From Macrostomum lignano (lineage: Eukaryota), in NCBI GenBank assembly GCA_002269645.1, contig NIVC01000001.1:2604001-2668000 (forward strand): a DNA stretch of 64,000 nt. The letters run 5' to 3'. Every line of letters starts with the position of its first letter. The stretch's first letter is position 1. A model generated the notes under the pieces. The model ran no database searches. It had not been told where the DNA came from and saw only the letters and a list, made by a program, of their open reading frames with translations. The translations under genes and the position numbers were made by a program. Below are positions 16,284-28,942 of this stretch, piece by piece.

Positions 16284-17669
16284 ATGCCAAGCAAGTGTGC
16301 AGCCTTCGGTCGGTTGCAAATCAAGCTATGTCTCTACAACTACTTCGGCAGAAATTTCGTTTTAACACAAGTTTCCTATCAAAGCTGGAGTTTTGGCCAA
16401 ATGGCTACGCGACCTGTCCCGAGAACCAACTTTTCAACCCACTCAGCATTCCTGAGTCTGCTCTCTGCATTTTGTCGAATCGGACTTCACCACCGACTAT
16501 CAGGACTGCAATGCATCTCGGAAAAGGGCAAAGACAATGGAGCCGCTCGCACAAAAAGATGGCTCAAGGAGTATGCAGTCCCAACGCAGTTTCAGACCAT
16601 GCCAGCCTACTTTACAAAAAATCCACCAGTCGTGAGGTCAAACAGAGCCACGTCAGTGCGGCGTCATAAAGCAAGCATTGCACAGCAGGAGAAGCGAGAG
16701 AAAGAATTTTTGCGGGTGAGACTCCCAGTACTCTCGACGATGTGGTAACTCGGTTTGCTACTGAACCTGCACCATCCGGATTCGCCATTTTTCAATCTGC
16801 TGGTTCAATTAATCTCATGCTGATGGCACCTGGTCCACCCCAGACAGTCAAGAGCAGCATCATCGTGAACAATAGACTGGAAGTCGCTGTCTACCACGGC
16901 AAGCAAGTTGTGTCACCGAAGCAATACGTTCGCATCATTTCGCCGGAGAGCGCTTTTCTAAGCTCCTCTCCTCAGCTGACGAATCTCATTGCATTTGTTA
17001 AGAATGCTGTGGAATCAGACAGTCTTGCTCCGGATCACAAGCAAGCAGCTCTTGAAGAGTCTGGAGCTTCTCCACCAGCAAGACCACGTGTCTAATGCAG
17101 ACTCAACTTGCCTCACTTTCTTGATTGAGCAGCTGAAATTGCTGGATGTGGACAAGCATGGTCGGCGATATTCACCAAAACTGCTGGTATTCTCCAATAT
17201 TCTATTCTCCGTGAGTTCAGCTGCTTATCAGCGTGTTCTGGAGACAAATTCCTTAGCTCTACCTTCAATCATTCAATCAAAACGCAGAGGCTTGTGACGC
17301 GGAGGATGGACTCGACTACAGGACTGGGCAACTGCGAATATCTAAAGCTGCGCTACGACACACTTCACGCCTATGAGACCAACGTAAATCCGGCTGATTG
17401 ATGAGATTTATCCCAGCAAGCGGGTCGAGATGAGCGGTGGAGAATTGCATGGTCTCACAGAAGCCGGAAATGTTGCCCAGACTGCTCTGTGCTTCATTTT
17501 AAAATCGGCAATGACAAAGTACCGCGACTTGGTCGGAATTTTCCCAATGAGCAACCTGAAGGCTGAGACACTGCATAAGTGCTACCTGAAAGTCATGCCG
17601 ATGCTGCAAAACATTGGATACAACGTCGTGGCCATATGCGTTGACAATGCGGCGGCCTTCTTATTGTAA
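16284..17669 (+). pseudogene. THAP-domain P-element-type (THAP9-like) transposase relic, frameshifted and 3'-truncated
   Basis: Across frameshifts: MPSKCAAFG-C...HKFP...KW...C..HF...LKEYAVPTQF (THAP domain), then GRRYSPKLL...SAAYQ...LALPS, DEIY, and VVAICVDNAAA (P-element transposase N-part). Confidence 0.85.
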
Positions 17670-18439
17670 TCCCAATCAATTTTTGAAACTTTACTATTAT
17701 GCGCTGCCATCTTTGGTTTATTGCATGTTACAAAAAGCCTTTTCGTATGAATCGTGTAAATCGAGATAAATAATATATATAAAAAATCGACTGCAATGAA
17801 ACATAAATCTGCGTCGTTTTTGCGAGTCGAGCAGAATAGTTCTAATATTAATAATGATATGCTTTCAATTTTATTTGTAGCATTAGTTATTACTAGAGTT
17901 ATTACTAGCAATACAATTGGAATAATTGTTCAATAATTTTGTTATTTGCATGCTCATGCCCAATAAATACGCATGATTCACTCGCTGGCCGAATGGGTGC
18001 AGTGGAACAGTCGGCCCTATTTGGTATTCAGCCAATTAGAGTGTCCATTCCAGACTTGCTAGGTTTAGAATTCCTTGGCTCACCCCTCGATCGATACAAA
18101 GCCGGCTCACGCTTGTATTTCTGCATGATTAGGCTTTGCTGGACATGCTATAATTTTTGTGGCCTTCAGTCCCACGTATCGGGACATTGGGGGAAGAACC
18201 TTTTGTGTTGATTTTTCATGCGGGCAGGCCATATTTTATATAGAACAAAGAGACTCCTCTGGGGTCTATAGCAAGGGTTCGGCAGTCTCCGGCATTCGGC
18301 CCCCCTGTCTTTAGCAAATTCAGTATTGCTTTCCTGTGCCTGGGCCTTATAAAGTCCAGCAGTCGGGTCTGGACTTAGAAACTGTTTGATTTGAAACCTC
18401 TAAATGGCTTGGTCATCTCTGACTTGTTTCTGATTCTGA

Positions 18440-19832
18440 CTCATAATCTTCTCCCTGTCCTCTCTCAGTCTCTTCTCTGTCCTCTCTCAGTCTTTGACTC
18501 TTCTCTGCTGTCTCTCACTGTCTTCTCCTGCTGTCTCTCACTGTCTTCTCCTGCTGTCTCTCACTGTCTTCTCCTGCTGTCTCTCACTGTCTTCTCTGCT
18601 GTCTCTCACTGTCTTCTCTGCTGTCTCTCACTGTCTTCTCTGCTGTCTCTCACTGTCTTCTGCTGTCTCTCACTGTCTTCTCCTGCTGTCTCTCACTGTC
18701 TTCTCTGCTGTCTCTCACTGTCTTCTGCTGTCTCTCACTGTCTTCTCTGCTGTCTCCTACTGTCTTCTCCTGCTGTCTCTCACTGTCTTCTCTGCTGTCT
18801 CTCACTGTCTTCTCTGCTGTCTCTCACTGTCTTCTCTGCTGTCTCTCACTGTCTTCTGCTGTCTCTCACTGTCTTCTCCTGCTGTCTCTCACTGTCTTCT
18901 CTGCTGTCTCTCACTGTCTTCTGCTGTCTCTCACTGTCTTCTCTGCTGTCTCCTACTGTCTTCTCCTGCTGTCTCTCACTGTCTTCTGCTGTCTCTCACT
19001 GTCTTCTCCTGCTGTCTCTCACTGTCTTCTCTGCTGTCTCTCACTGTCTTCTGCTGTCTCTCACTGTCTTCTCTGCTGTCTCTCACTGTCTCCTGCTGTC
19101 TCTCACTGTCTTCTCTGCTGTCTCTCACTGTCTTCTGCTGTCTCTCACTGTCTTCTCTGCTGTCTCTCACTGTCTTCTCTGCTGTCTCTCACTGTCTTCT
19201 GCTGTCTCTCACTGTCTTCTCCTGCTGTCTCTCACTGTCTTCTCTGCTGTCTCTCACTGTCTTCTGCTGTCTCTCACTGTCTTCTCCTGCTGTCTCTCAC
19301 TGTCTTCTCTGCTGTCTCTCACTGTCTTCTGCTGTCTCTCACTGTCTTCTCCTGCTGTCTCTCACTGTCTTCTCCTGCTGTCTCTCACTGTCTTCTCTGC
19401 TGTCTCTCACTGTCTTCTGCTGTCTCTCACTGTCTTCTCTGCTGTCTCTCACTGTCTTCTCTGCTGTCTCTCACTGTCTTCTGCTGTCTCTCACTGTCTT
19501 CTCCTGCTGTCTCTCACTGTCTTCTCTGCTGTCTCTCACTGTCTTCTGCTGTCTCTCACTGTCTTCTCCTGCTGTCTCTCACTGTCTTCTCTGCTGTCTC
19601 TCACTGTCTTCTGCTGTCTCTCACTGTCTTCTCCTGCTGTCTCTCACTGTCTTCTCTGCTGTCTCTCACTGTCTTCTGCTGTCTCTCACTGTCTTCTCCT
19701 GCTGTCTCTCACTGTCTTCTCTGCTGTCTCTCACTGTCTTCTGCTGTCTCTCACTGTCTTCTCTGCTGTCTCCCACTGTCTTCTCCTGCTGTCTCCCACT
19801 GTCTTCTCCTGCTGTCTCCCACTGTCTCATTG
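18440..19832. repeat. Pyrimidine-rich 20-23-bp minisatellite (ctgctgtctctcactgtcttctc)
   Basis: Direct inspection. The 485-aa and 447-aa ORFs are artefacts. Confidence 0.97.
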
Positions 19833-20130
19833 TCTAAAAATTCTTTGAAAATATAGAGCTAATTCATGAGTCCCAACTCGTTCTTCAATAAATATATGGA
19901 GTTCTTACAAAGTTAACCAATTGATTTCAAATTTCCAACACACTTCAAAGAAGATAAATTTGTTGATAAAAGCCTTACCTAATACTGCAGTATATTCTCG
20001 CCTAATTACGAGTGTAAATTCAGAACATTTATTGTCGCTGCACAGCTGCTAACAGTAGTACGTACAGCATGATTACTTGAGGCCCTAATATTGAATTAGG
20101 GCTAATATAAAAATGTGACCAATACTGAAA

Positions 20131-20275
20131 CAAAAGAGGTAATGGTTTGTCAAATTCAAATCATTCAATACTGACAACAAAGAGGTAATGGTTTGTCAAA
20201 TTCAAATCATTCAATACTGACAACAAAGAGGTAATGGTTTGTCAAATTCAAATCATTCAATACTGACAACAAAGA
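20131..20275. repeat. 46-bp tandem triplication (caaagaggtaatggtttgtcaaattcaaatcattcaatactgacaa)
   Basis: Direct inspection. Confidence 0.9.
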
Positions 20276-20808
20276 ACCTATAAAATTTCTACTGAATTCC
20301 GGAAAATTAACCAAACTCCAATTTAGAAAATTTGCAATTGCAATTGCAACTCCAATCTGCTTTCTTAGGCGCTTAACTTATTTTAAAAACACATTTTACT
20401 ACCTGCTCTACTGTTGTAAGTAGCAAAATTAGCTATAGAAATGAAAAAGGTCATTTTTGGGGGTACATGTCAGTTTAAAACAGACTATCTAAGTGATTAC
20501 AATATGTGTTTAATATTCAGAAATAAATCTTAAACTAAGCGAAATCTTGACAAATTATAAGCACTGATGCAGCGATCGAAAGTAATTAAAAAAATTAGGT
20601 CGGATCTAAACGGACGAAATCAGACTAAAAACGGACCCACAAAAGTTCATCATTAACAAACTTTCTAACCATTTAGTAATTGCAATCTGACCTTTTGCAG
20701 TGGTTTAAGGTGAAAATTCGTGTTTTTTTCCCAAAGCTGACGCGACCCCTTTGAGGACCCAACATGGTCCGAAAGACGTCCGCTAGACGCAGCTTTTTGC
20801 ACCGGGTT

Positions 20809-23800
20809 ATGTCCTGCGGATGCGAATGTCACCTGCTCTCTACAATAAGCTAGCGGACTGTGTCCGAAGAAGCCTAGCAAGATGTCGTTTGAGGAACTAA
20901 CAGGAGCACTACAAGAACTGTTAATACCCACGACATATGTGGGCCGAAAGATTTACATTTCAAAAAATTGGCCGTGAACCCAATGAGCCGGTAAGAGCTT
21001 TTGCAGAAAGACTAATAAAAGCATCTGAGAAATGTGAGTTTGAAAACAGAGATGTGAGAATGCGTGACCAATTCATATGCGGTCTTGGCAGTCAAGCCAT
21101 AGTTGGAAAGCTGATCATCAAGGATCATAAAACACTCACATTCAAAGAGGCGATAGCAGAAGCAGAAGCCCATTCAAGTTTGCTGGAAACGCAGATAATG
21201 AAGACAGCTCCGAAATCAGATTCTGGAACAGTTCTGAAAGTCTCAACGCGGAAACCAGGGTTCAAGTCGAAGGATTTCAAAACTCCGGCAGTGGCGGATC
21301 GGCTGTGCAAGAAGTGTGGCGGCAATCATGAAAAGTTTAAATGCCCAGCGTATGGCAAGACCTGCAACCGGTGTGGCAAGGCTAATCATTTTGCCAAAGC
21401 CTGCAGAGGCTCAGACTTTTCACATAGAAAGACCGGTGGCACGAGTAAATCAACAGTAAAACATGTTCAAGAAAATTCCGAAGTATTTGTCGCTGAAGTG
21501 CAAAGTTGCTGTCCAGATCGGGATCACCGAAAGCCTATCTCCATCACAGTGTCCGTACTAGAAGGGCAAAATAGATACGCGCTGACATGCGAGCTGGATA
21601 CCGGAGCGGGTGTGTCCATAATGTCAGAATCCCTCTGGAAACAGTTGGGTCGACCAGCTCTTAAGAACTCAAATACACAGATGGGTGGCTATGTAAGTGA
21701 TCACAAGTTCACGGTATTAGGTCGATACGAAGCTGTGGTAGAACTGAATGGAAAATATCAGCGCATCGACTTTGAGGTAGTGAAAGGCAGCAAGAGCTAT
21801 GCCTTGCTGGGGCGAGATGTTCTCTGTGAACAGCTGGACACAGGACATAATGGGGAAGTCTCCATGGATATGGCATCTCTGGCAGCAAGTGCAGCTACAA
21901 TGAAAGCTCATTTGGAACTTAAAGACGGAGCAGTACCCAAGTATGTAAAAGCAAGACCGTTACCATTTGCACAGCGTGAAGCAGTAAAAAAGGAATTGGA
22001 TCGCTTACTTGATGAGGGCATAATCGAAGCTGTGAAATTTTCGGAATGGGCGTCTCCAGTCGTGGTAGTCGGCAAGCCCAACGGCAGTATCAGGATATGT
22101 GTGGACTATAAGAGTACGCTTATCCGCAGCTGGTCCCGGATAGCTACCCGACACCGACCCCGGAGGAAGCGTTCTCGACAGTAGCTGGATGCTTTCGGTA
22201 CAGTATCATCGATCTAGAGAAAGCGTACAACCAAGTAGAGCTGGACGACGCATCTAAACCGCTAACCGTGATGTCGACACCGTTTGGAAATTTTAGGTAC
22301 AATAAACTTGTGTTTGGAATAAAAACAGCTCCGAGTATTTTCCAACGGTATATATCGCAAGTGATCCAAGGCATTCCCAAAACAATCGCGTATATGAACG
22401 ACATATTAATTGGTGCAAGCGATGAGTCAGAGTTAAAAGGACGCGAAGAAGAAGTACTTCACCGTCTAGTATCGGAAGGGCTTAGGGTAAATGATCAGAA
22501 ATGTCAACGGAATTTGTCTCGAGTCCGGTTTTTGGGTCATATTCTGGACAGCGGTCGCATTTATCCTGACGGAGAGAAAGTGCAGTGCGGGCGATCAAAG
22601 TAATGGAAGCTCCGAAGAATCTTTCCGAGTTAGAATCCTTCCTCGGACTGATTACGTTCTGCTCGCGATTCATTCCAAACCTTTCTGGAATATCGGCACC
22701 GTTGGTACATCTAAAGCGCAAAGGTGTGGAGTTTCGTTGGGGCGCAAAAGAACAATGTGCGTTCAGAAACCTTCAGAAATCACTTTCAGAAGACGCTGCT
22801 TTGCATGCGTACGACCCAAAGCTACCGGTTGAGCTCGAAGTAGACGCTTCGCAAATTGCCCTTGACTCAGGTGGTGTCCTGAGTCAACAAGGATGCCCTG
22901 TCTTGTACATCAGCAACTTTTGTTTGATAACTTTTGTCATCATCGGAGCGAAATTATTCACAAATAGAGCGAGAAGCGCTTGCGATAATATGGGGTGTTA
23001 GAAGATGCCATCGTTTTCTCTGTGGCAGAAAATTTAAGCTAATAACTGACCATCGACCTCTCGTTTACATCTTAGCCTGTGACAAAGAGCTACCATCGAG
23101 AGTGTCTGCAAGGCTGCAGAGATGGGCGATATTTCTCACGGCGTACGATTACGAGATCGAGTATCGTAAATCTAAAGCTATGGCATCTGACGCGCTCTCA
23201 ATATTGGTTCCGCAGGGAAGAAGCGGTGAAACTCTAGAGATTGGTAACATTCACACGGTTTCAACTACACTGTCTCTGGAATATATTAGGTTAGCAACGA
23301 AGAGGTGTAACGAAATGCGCTTGCTGACGAGCGCTATAAAAACGGGAAGCTTCAAACACCCTAGGCTGCATGCGACCTTTCAAGAATGTTCGATAAGAAC
23401 TTTGCGTTCAGGACGATGTTATTCTTCGAGGCCACAGGATCGTTGTTCTAAAAACCTTACGCATGAAAGCAATTGTGGCGGTACACGAAGTTCATTTAGG
23501 AATGTCCCGCACCAAGTCCTTGGCTCGTGCGGAGTTTTGGTGGCCGGCCATGGACAGCGATATCGAGCGGACAGTTGGTTTGTGCCAGATCTGTAGGACT
23601 GCAAAACCGCAGAATAGGAATTTTCGCTCCAGTTGGCCTGAGGCTGCGGGTCCTTGGGATAGAGTCCATATCGACTTTTTAGGACCAGTCGACAACCACT
23701 ATATGCTCGTTTTGGTAGATTCTTACAGCGGATATCCTGAAGTCCACATTACCAAAGATATGACTTCCCGAACTGTCATTCAGTGTCTCAGGAGGACATT

Positions 23801-24468
23801 TTCTTAGCTTGGAATTCCAAGGACACGTGTTTCAGATAATGGACCAAGCTTTGTCAGCAAGGATTTTACGGAGTGGTTGGCAGGAATTGACTGTGAGCAT
23901 CTAACTATTGCAGCTTATCACCCACAAAGTAATGGGACTGCAGAGTGTTTTGTTCGCACGCTAAAGGAAAGCATTAAGGCGAACGGCTTCAGTTAAGAGT
24001 CTGTTGACCGCTTCTTGCTGTTTTATCGCGCATCAGACAACAAAGCGGGATCGTCACCAGCGGAACAGCTGCTGGGGCACAAGCTCAGGGTTCCGTTTAC
24101 CAAGAGGCAAGTCGGACTGGAGGATCCAGTTATCTACAAAAATGAGAGAGACAAGCCAATCACGGCAAAACTGCTCTTGCCTATCGGAAGGAGCATGGCC
24201 ATGATCAAGACGGATGAACCGAACTCAAAGTATCGAAAGGTTCATCTGGATCAGCTACATCCGTACAGTCTAACTGGCGAGGAGCCCGCAGAAACCGACA
24301 GAATGCCACCTGAAGCTGGCGAGCACGCGGCAGGGAGAAAACAAGAAGAGGAGCCTCCAGAACAAGAGGGGCTGCGTACATCTCCAATCCCGGCGGGTCC
24401 CGAGGATACTATTGAACCCAGGAGAAGCATGTGACTTTTGGAGAAACTCAAAGTTAACTATAAGTGCT
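20809..24468 (+). pseudogene. Gypsy gag (C-part) plus pol: zinc knuckles, protease, RT, RNase H, integrase; disrupted
   Basis: CKKCGGNH and CNRCGKANHFAKAC knuckles, LDTGAG protease, RT with YMND in place of YMDD, EVDASQ RNase H, HEVH..C..C / VHIDF / SDNG integrase, and a RRSM*LLEKLKVNYK tail. Several frameshifts and in-frame stops. Confidence 0.93.
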
Positions 24469-24870
24469 AAAATTTGTTCCTCTCGCATTAACTTAAAAAA
24501 TTATTCTTTGCCATTATCAAATAGACTAGCCAACAAGCGAGTCAAAATAATGGAGATTTTACCATAGACAATTGACAATCAGGGTGCAATAATGCGCCAA
24601 AAATGCACGCTGGCGGCTTTCAGCGTGCAATAATGCAACAACACAAACTTTATATTTTACGAAAAGCAAACGTAGCTAATAGTTGAACATTTTTAACGAG
24701 CTCTTTGTCTAGTAGTCAGTGCTCTAGTAGTAACTCGAAAACTCAGTAACTCACTCACTACTCATCAGTACTCACTGATCACCGAATTTGAAGTTGCAAT
24801 TGCTGAAACTACCACTCAGATAAATATATGTAGCTCCGGTCGAACAGTATCGGCCGAAGATGCTTGAACG

Positions 24871-26395
24871 TCAACCTTGACATTTTGGACTGACGTCGTC
24901 ATTCCAACACCTTGCCACCCGCTTTGGGACCTCGGAGATAGACGTAGCATCCCCCGCCGAATCCATATCGCCAGATGGTCCGACGATAGCCACAGACTTA
25001 TCGTTGGTCGCAGAAGACGAAGTGGCTCCATACAGCGATGCTGACAACACGTCGGACATCCTGCCCAGTTCACTCGCCTTGCGCTTGCCATTTGTTAAGT
25101 AGCTAACGAAAGTGCGTACAAAAAATGTTTTTTTACTTTTAAGTACACAATGTACTACAAACAGGAGAATTTTATTGGCAGCCCGATGCTGACACTTACC
25201 GCTGAACAGTCTTCACGTCTTTATGGCCAGTTGTTTTGCAGATCTGCTCCAAACGAAACCCGGCTTCGTGCAACTCAGAAATGACGGTTGGACGAACGTT
25301 GTGCCCAGTGTAGACTTTGGACAACTGTGCAGTCGCTGAAATCCGGGCCATCAGATTCTGAAGCGCATTCACGCCCATTGGCTTTGTTGTGTACAAGTGA
25401 ACAGCCTTTTTGCCGATGCTAGGCATAAGAAACAGAGGCATGTTACTCTCCGCAGTCCCAGCCGAAAGGCTAGCCTCCCGCTTTTCCAAGTACAACTTGA
25501 TCGCAGCCACAGGGCAGTGCTCTCCGCCGGTCAACTTCACCATGGCTTCTCGATTGTCTTCCATTGCGCCTGGCGATAGTCTTGTGCCGACGGTTTTCTC
25601 GAGTCCTCCATTAAGTCGCACAGTCTCCACCCCACTCCGCAACTCAAACACCAGACTGTTTACATTGAGCGATCGGAGCCATTCACGACCTCGCTGACCG
25701 AAGTAATAGAGCAGAATGAAGTACACCTCGTGTAGAAGCTTCGTCCCATTTGAGCGGTCGAAGTACGTCCACAGTTTGTTCAGATCGTCCTTCTCCATCG
25801 CCTCGTAATGCCGAATGCGACCGCCATTTTTTAGGAACATTTGACAAACGGCCTTCAAGGCTAAATTCGCAATATCAAACTTTTCACCTTCAATGATGTT
25901 AATGGCCCTGGTACGCCTGAAATACCGAAACAAGCCGGCTCGAAAGCAGATTAGACTAGACGGTGCGTAGAAGCTCCCATCCTGCTTTCTAAGAGTGGCA
26001 TAGAAGAACTTCAGCTTTTCCGCAAGCTCGTCCTCAGTGCGGGATCCAGCTTCAAAGCTTTCGAATTTGTACTCTCGAAGAAATACTTGGAAGCGGGCAA
26101 TAGCTGATTCTTCTTGCTTTTCGGTAGAGATGACCTTGGTCTCCTCGTCCTGTCTGTCGACAATCGCTTGCAGTTCAGTTGTGGAACCTCCAACATCCGG
26201 AATTGATTCCGAGTCTTCACCCTCCACCAAGGGAATCAGATTGAACAGTTCTTCCAGAGTAGGTAGGAGCGGCTCATCATCGAACATCGTCCGCTCGATC
26301 AACGAATTTCTGTCCATGAGCTCTACATGCTTCTCGATTTCCGCCGTAGTCAAGCCGGTTATGCAATTGTCCGGGAATTGAGACATTTGAATCAT
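24871..26395 (-). CDS. Crypton-type tyrosine recombinase (DUF3504-like), 2 exons
   Basis: LKFFYATLRKQDGSFY..SSL..R, YFGQRGRE (Arg), CPVAAIKLYL, YTGHNVR (HxxR), TGHKD (His). A phase-2 intron at 25103-25199 (GT-AG, 97 nt) gives VQR-Y-LTNG, supplying the Tyr. The start may be 26395 or 26386. Confidence 0.85.
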
Positions 26396-26541
26396 GTTTT
26401 CAAATGAACGCACATTGAGACGAACAAATATCGCGCTGAAGTGGAGAGAAAGATATTCCTTGCCTCCCTCAACCCTGTTCTTTGCAAATTGCCATCGACA
26501 AAAATGAATAGCCACTGTTGGCTAGTCTATATGATAATGTG

Positions 26542-26640
26542 ATAGAAGCACGGCTTGTGCGTGCAACAACGCCATAGACACTCGTGCGCTACGCGCACTC
26601 GTGGTTCTAGGCGTTGTTGCACTTGCAAGCCGTGCACTAT
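26542..26640. other. ~100-bp imperfect hairpin upstream of the YR gene
   Basis: Arms gcacggcttg..gtgcaacaacgcc and ggcgttgttgcac..caagccgtgc around the core cactcgtgcgctacgcgcactcgtg. Confidence 0.85.
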
Positions 26641-26809
26641 CTTTCCATTGTATCACGCTGGCGCGCGTTAGATGCACGATTTACTGTGCGTCTAATGTAG
26701 GTGTCTATGGCAATTTTCTATCTGAGTAAAAGCAACAAGCGTGCGTCTAACGCGTGCGTGTAATGCACGGAAAGTGAGTATATTTTAATAAGTATACTTC
26801 TGCTACAAG

Positions 26810-27211
26810 TACAACGTACAAGCGAAGTGAGCCATAGAAGTATCGCAATAGACTGTCGATCTCGCGCGGTGTAGAAGTCGCCAAATCACGCTGAACTGAC
26901 GGATGGTTCTCCATGAAGCTCTGCAACTTACCGACATAATATTCGGTAGCCTTTGTCACACTTTTACTAGCAGCGGTGTCCTCGATTTCGGAAACGAGCT
27001 GTTCCAATTCAAGTAGTTCAGCTTCTTCGTCAGGTATCTTCTTGAAAAGTGCCTCCAGAAGATCCTCCTCTTCTCGATCAATTGCCGACTCCGGTAGATT
27101 ATCAGGCTCGTTCAGAATGTCGTCAATCTCATTGGTGGACAAGCCGGAAATCATTTCGTTCGGAAATTTGCTCAGATTCAGAAGTCTGACTTTAGTTGGT
27201 GGCTCAGCCAT
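26810..27211 (-). pseudogene. 5'-only paralogue of the Crypton recombinase
   Basis: LSKFPNEMISGLSTNEIDD parallels MSQFPDNCITGLTTAEIEK. SKSVTKATEYYVGKLQSF...IDSLLRYFYGSLR parallels LAEKLKFFYATLR. Similarity stops there. Confidence 0.75.
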
Positions 27212-27366
27212 ATTCTCTCACAAGTGATTTTAATTTAACAGCTTCTTATTCCCTTCTTCGCAACACTCAATCAACTTGCGTGCCTTTCACGCATTTTTGT
27301 CTATGGTTAAGACAAATTAACTGAGCGTGCATCTAACGCGCCATCTAAAGTATTAAGCCAACGTAA

Positions 27367-27486
27367 TACAATGCAACTCATACATCGATTTTTTGTGCTT
27401 AAATGGTCTATGGCACTCGTGCGCTGCGCGCACTCGTGCATAGACCATTTAAGCACGCAAAATCGATGTATGAATCCTACATTGTA
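27367..27486. other. ~120-bp hairpin upstream of the truncated YR gene
   Basis: tacaatg..catacatcgatttt..gtgcttaaatggtctatg and catagaccatttaagcac..aaaatcgatgtatg..cattgta around the core cactcgtgcgctgcgcgcactcgtg. Confidence 0.88.
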
Positions 27487-27496
27487 AGGGGAAAGA

Positions 27497-27690
27497 TGTT
27501 GGGTGTGGCCATAGACGACTCAGTCGCACACACACCCAGCCATGAGCTAAAGAAGCAATACTTCAAGCTTGGAAATAAAAAAAGAAAAGTTACGATAACA
27601 TGAAATAAGACGCTCTGCTAAGAGTGCAACTTTTAAGTTGACCTTGTTGATCTTGACTCACTGTCTTCCGCTAGAGAAGAAGTCATAACA
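27497..27690 (+). repeat. 3' LTR (194 bp)
   Basis: Preceded by the PPT and followed by TSD GTGAC. Confidence 0.92.
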
Positions 27691-27780
27691 GTGACAACTT
27701 CAATAGATACTGTACTATAAGTTTTGCTTTCTTAAATTTACTTGTGCCCGACTTCGAAGTACAGTCCGTGTGCCGCAAAT
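27691..27780 (+). pseudogene. Probable continuation of the MULE transposase fragment
   Basis: Joining across the TSD gives ...DRCGDNFNRYCTISFAFLNLLVPDFEV, loosely like the MULE helix that follows the FH..Q motif. Confidence 0.45.
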
Positions 27781-28109
27781 TATAAATTTCGCTGCCGTTT
27801 CTTCCGCGGTGTGCATGTATGCATGTGTATACTTTTCTAATCACGTAAACTACGTCAACAATAAACTACGTTGATTGCCTTTGACACGGTTGTCCCTACG
27901 CCGTCCGGACTTAAAAATGCACTCACTCCGAATCCGAGACTCCAAGCTAGGGGGCGTACACGCACCTATTTGAAAACGTGTTATACATGTAATTTGGCAT
28001 GATTACAACAAATTACCTTTTACTTGAATGGCAAGGACTAATGGCAATATGTTAAATTTCAACGAGTTTCGTAGCTTTCTTTAACCTTTAGCATTCGCCG
28101 AATTGGCTG

Positions 28110-28225
28110 TCGCCGAACTGACTTGTCGTCGAATCGGTTGTCGTCGAATCGGTTGTCGTCGAATCGGTTGTCGTCGAATCGGTTGTCGTCGAATCGGTTG
28201 TCGCCGAATTACTTGTCACCGAATT
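28110..28225. repeat. 15-bp tandem repeat (gaatcggttgtcgtc) x~6
   Basis: Direct inspection. Confidence 0.9.
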
Positions 28226-28429
28226 AACTGGGAAGTGCACTCAAACACTACTATCATCAAATGCCAGTCGCATCAATGACCCAGTACGTACGTGCTCACA
28301 TGTGATGTTGTGGTAGGCGAGGCCTCCCACTATTCCCACCGAATGTAATTTTATTTTCCTCTGCGTGGATTGCTCACCGAGTAAAATTGCGTTACGTATA
28401 TTGATGGCGATGCGTCATTTCCCTGCGTG

Positions 28430-28900
28430 GAAATCCCCAATTTTTTCTTTTAGTGTAATTCGGGTTCCCACTCCCCGTAACTTTCGTTTTACTGCATGTT
28501 ACATGTAACTTGACTCATCTAGTGTTACCCATCTTTCCATTGCGTGTAACCCCTCTCTCCCACCCGGGGTGATTCCCCTTTCCTCCCGGTGGCTCCTGAG
28601 AGCGAGAGTCTGTGCCCCTTCTTTCCCACCAGACTCTCGCTTTGGACCCCTTACCAGACTCTAGTTTGAAGCCCATGTCCCAGACTCCAAGATACGAGGG
28701 GACCCTTAAGTGTAAGCCCAGTTTTCCCAACCCGACCAGCTCTTCTCTTGCTCCACTAAGTAGTATTTATTTTACTTAACGCTGTATTACTGCGTTATTA
28801 ATTAACTGTATTACTTAACTGTACTTAAGCTGTATTACTTAACGCCTTTTCTTAAACCGCGTTAATAATAATAATAATGATAATAATATCAATGATGATG

Positions 28901-28942
<42 letters not shown>

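Larger units (their letters stand above)
24492..27487 (-). mobile_element. Crypton-like tyrosine-recombinase unit (one full plus one truncated YR gene) inserted next to the Gypsy PPT
   Basis: Lies between the integrase stop and the PPT and contains YR genes and hairpins. Boundaries are inferred from a TAA overlap at 24489-24491 and 27485-27487. Confidence 0.7.

Noticed and set aside
18391-19848. 485-aa and 447-aa Cys/Leu/Ser-rich ORFs
   Set aside because: Stop-free pyrimidine minisatellite with frame-shifting unit lengths.
20690-20806. Apparent separate gag N-terminus (PFEDPTWSE) implying a second Gypsy element
   Set aside because: This stretch is the right end and TIR of the CMC transposon; the true gag N-terminus is at 7130-7406 and rejoins in frame.
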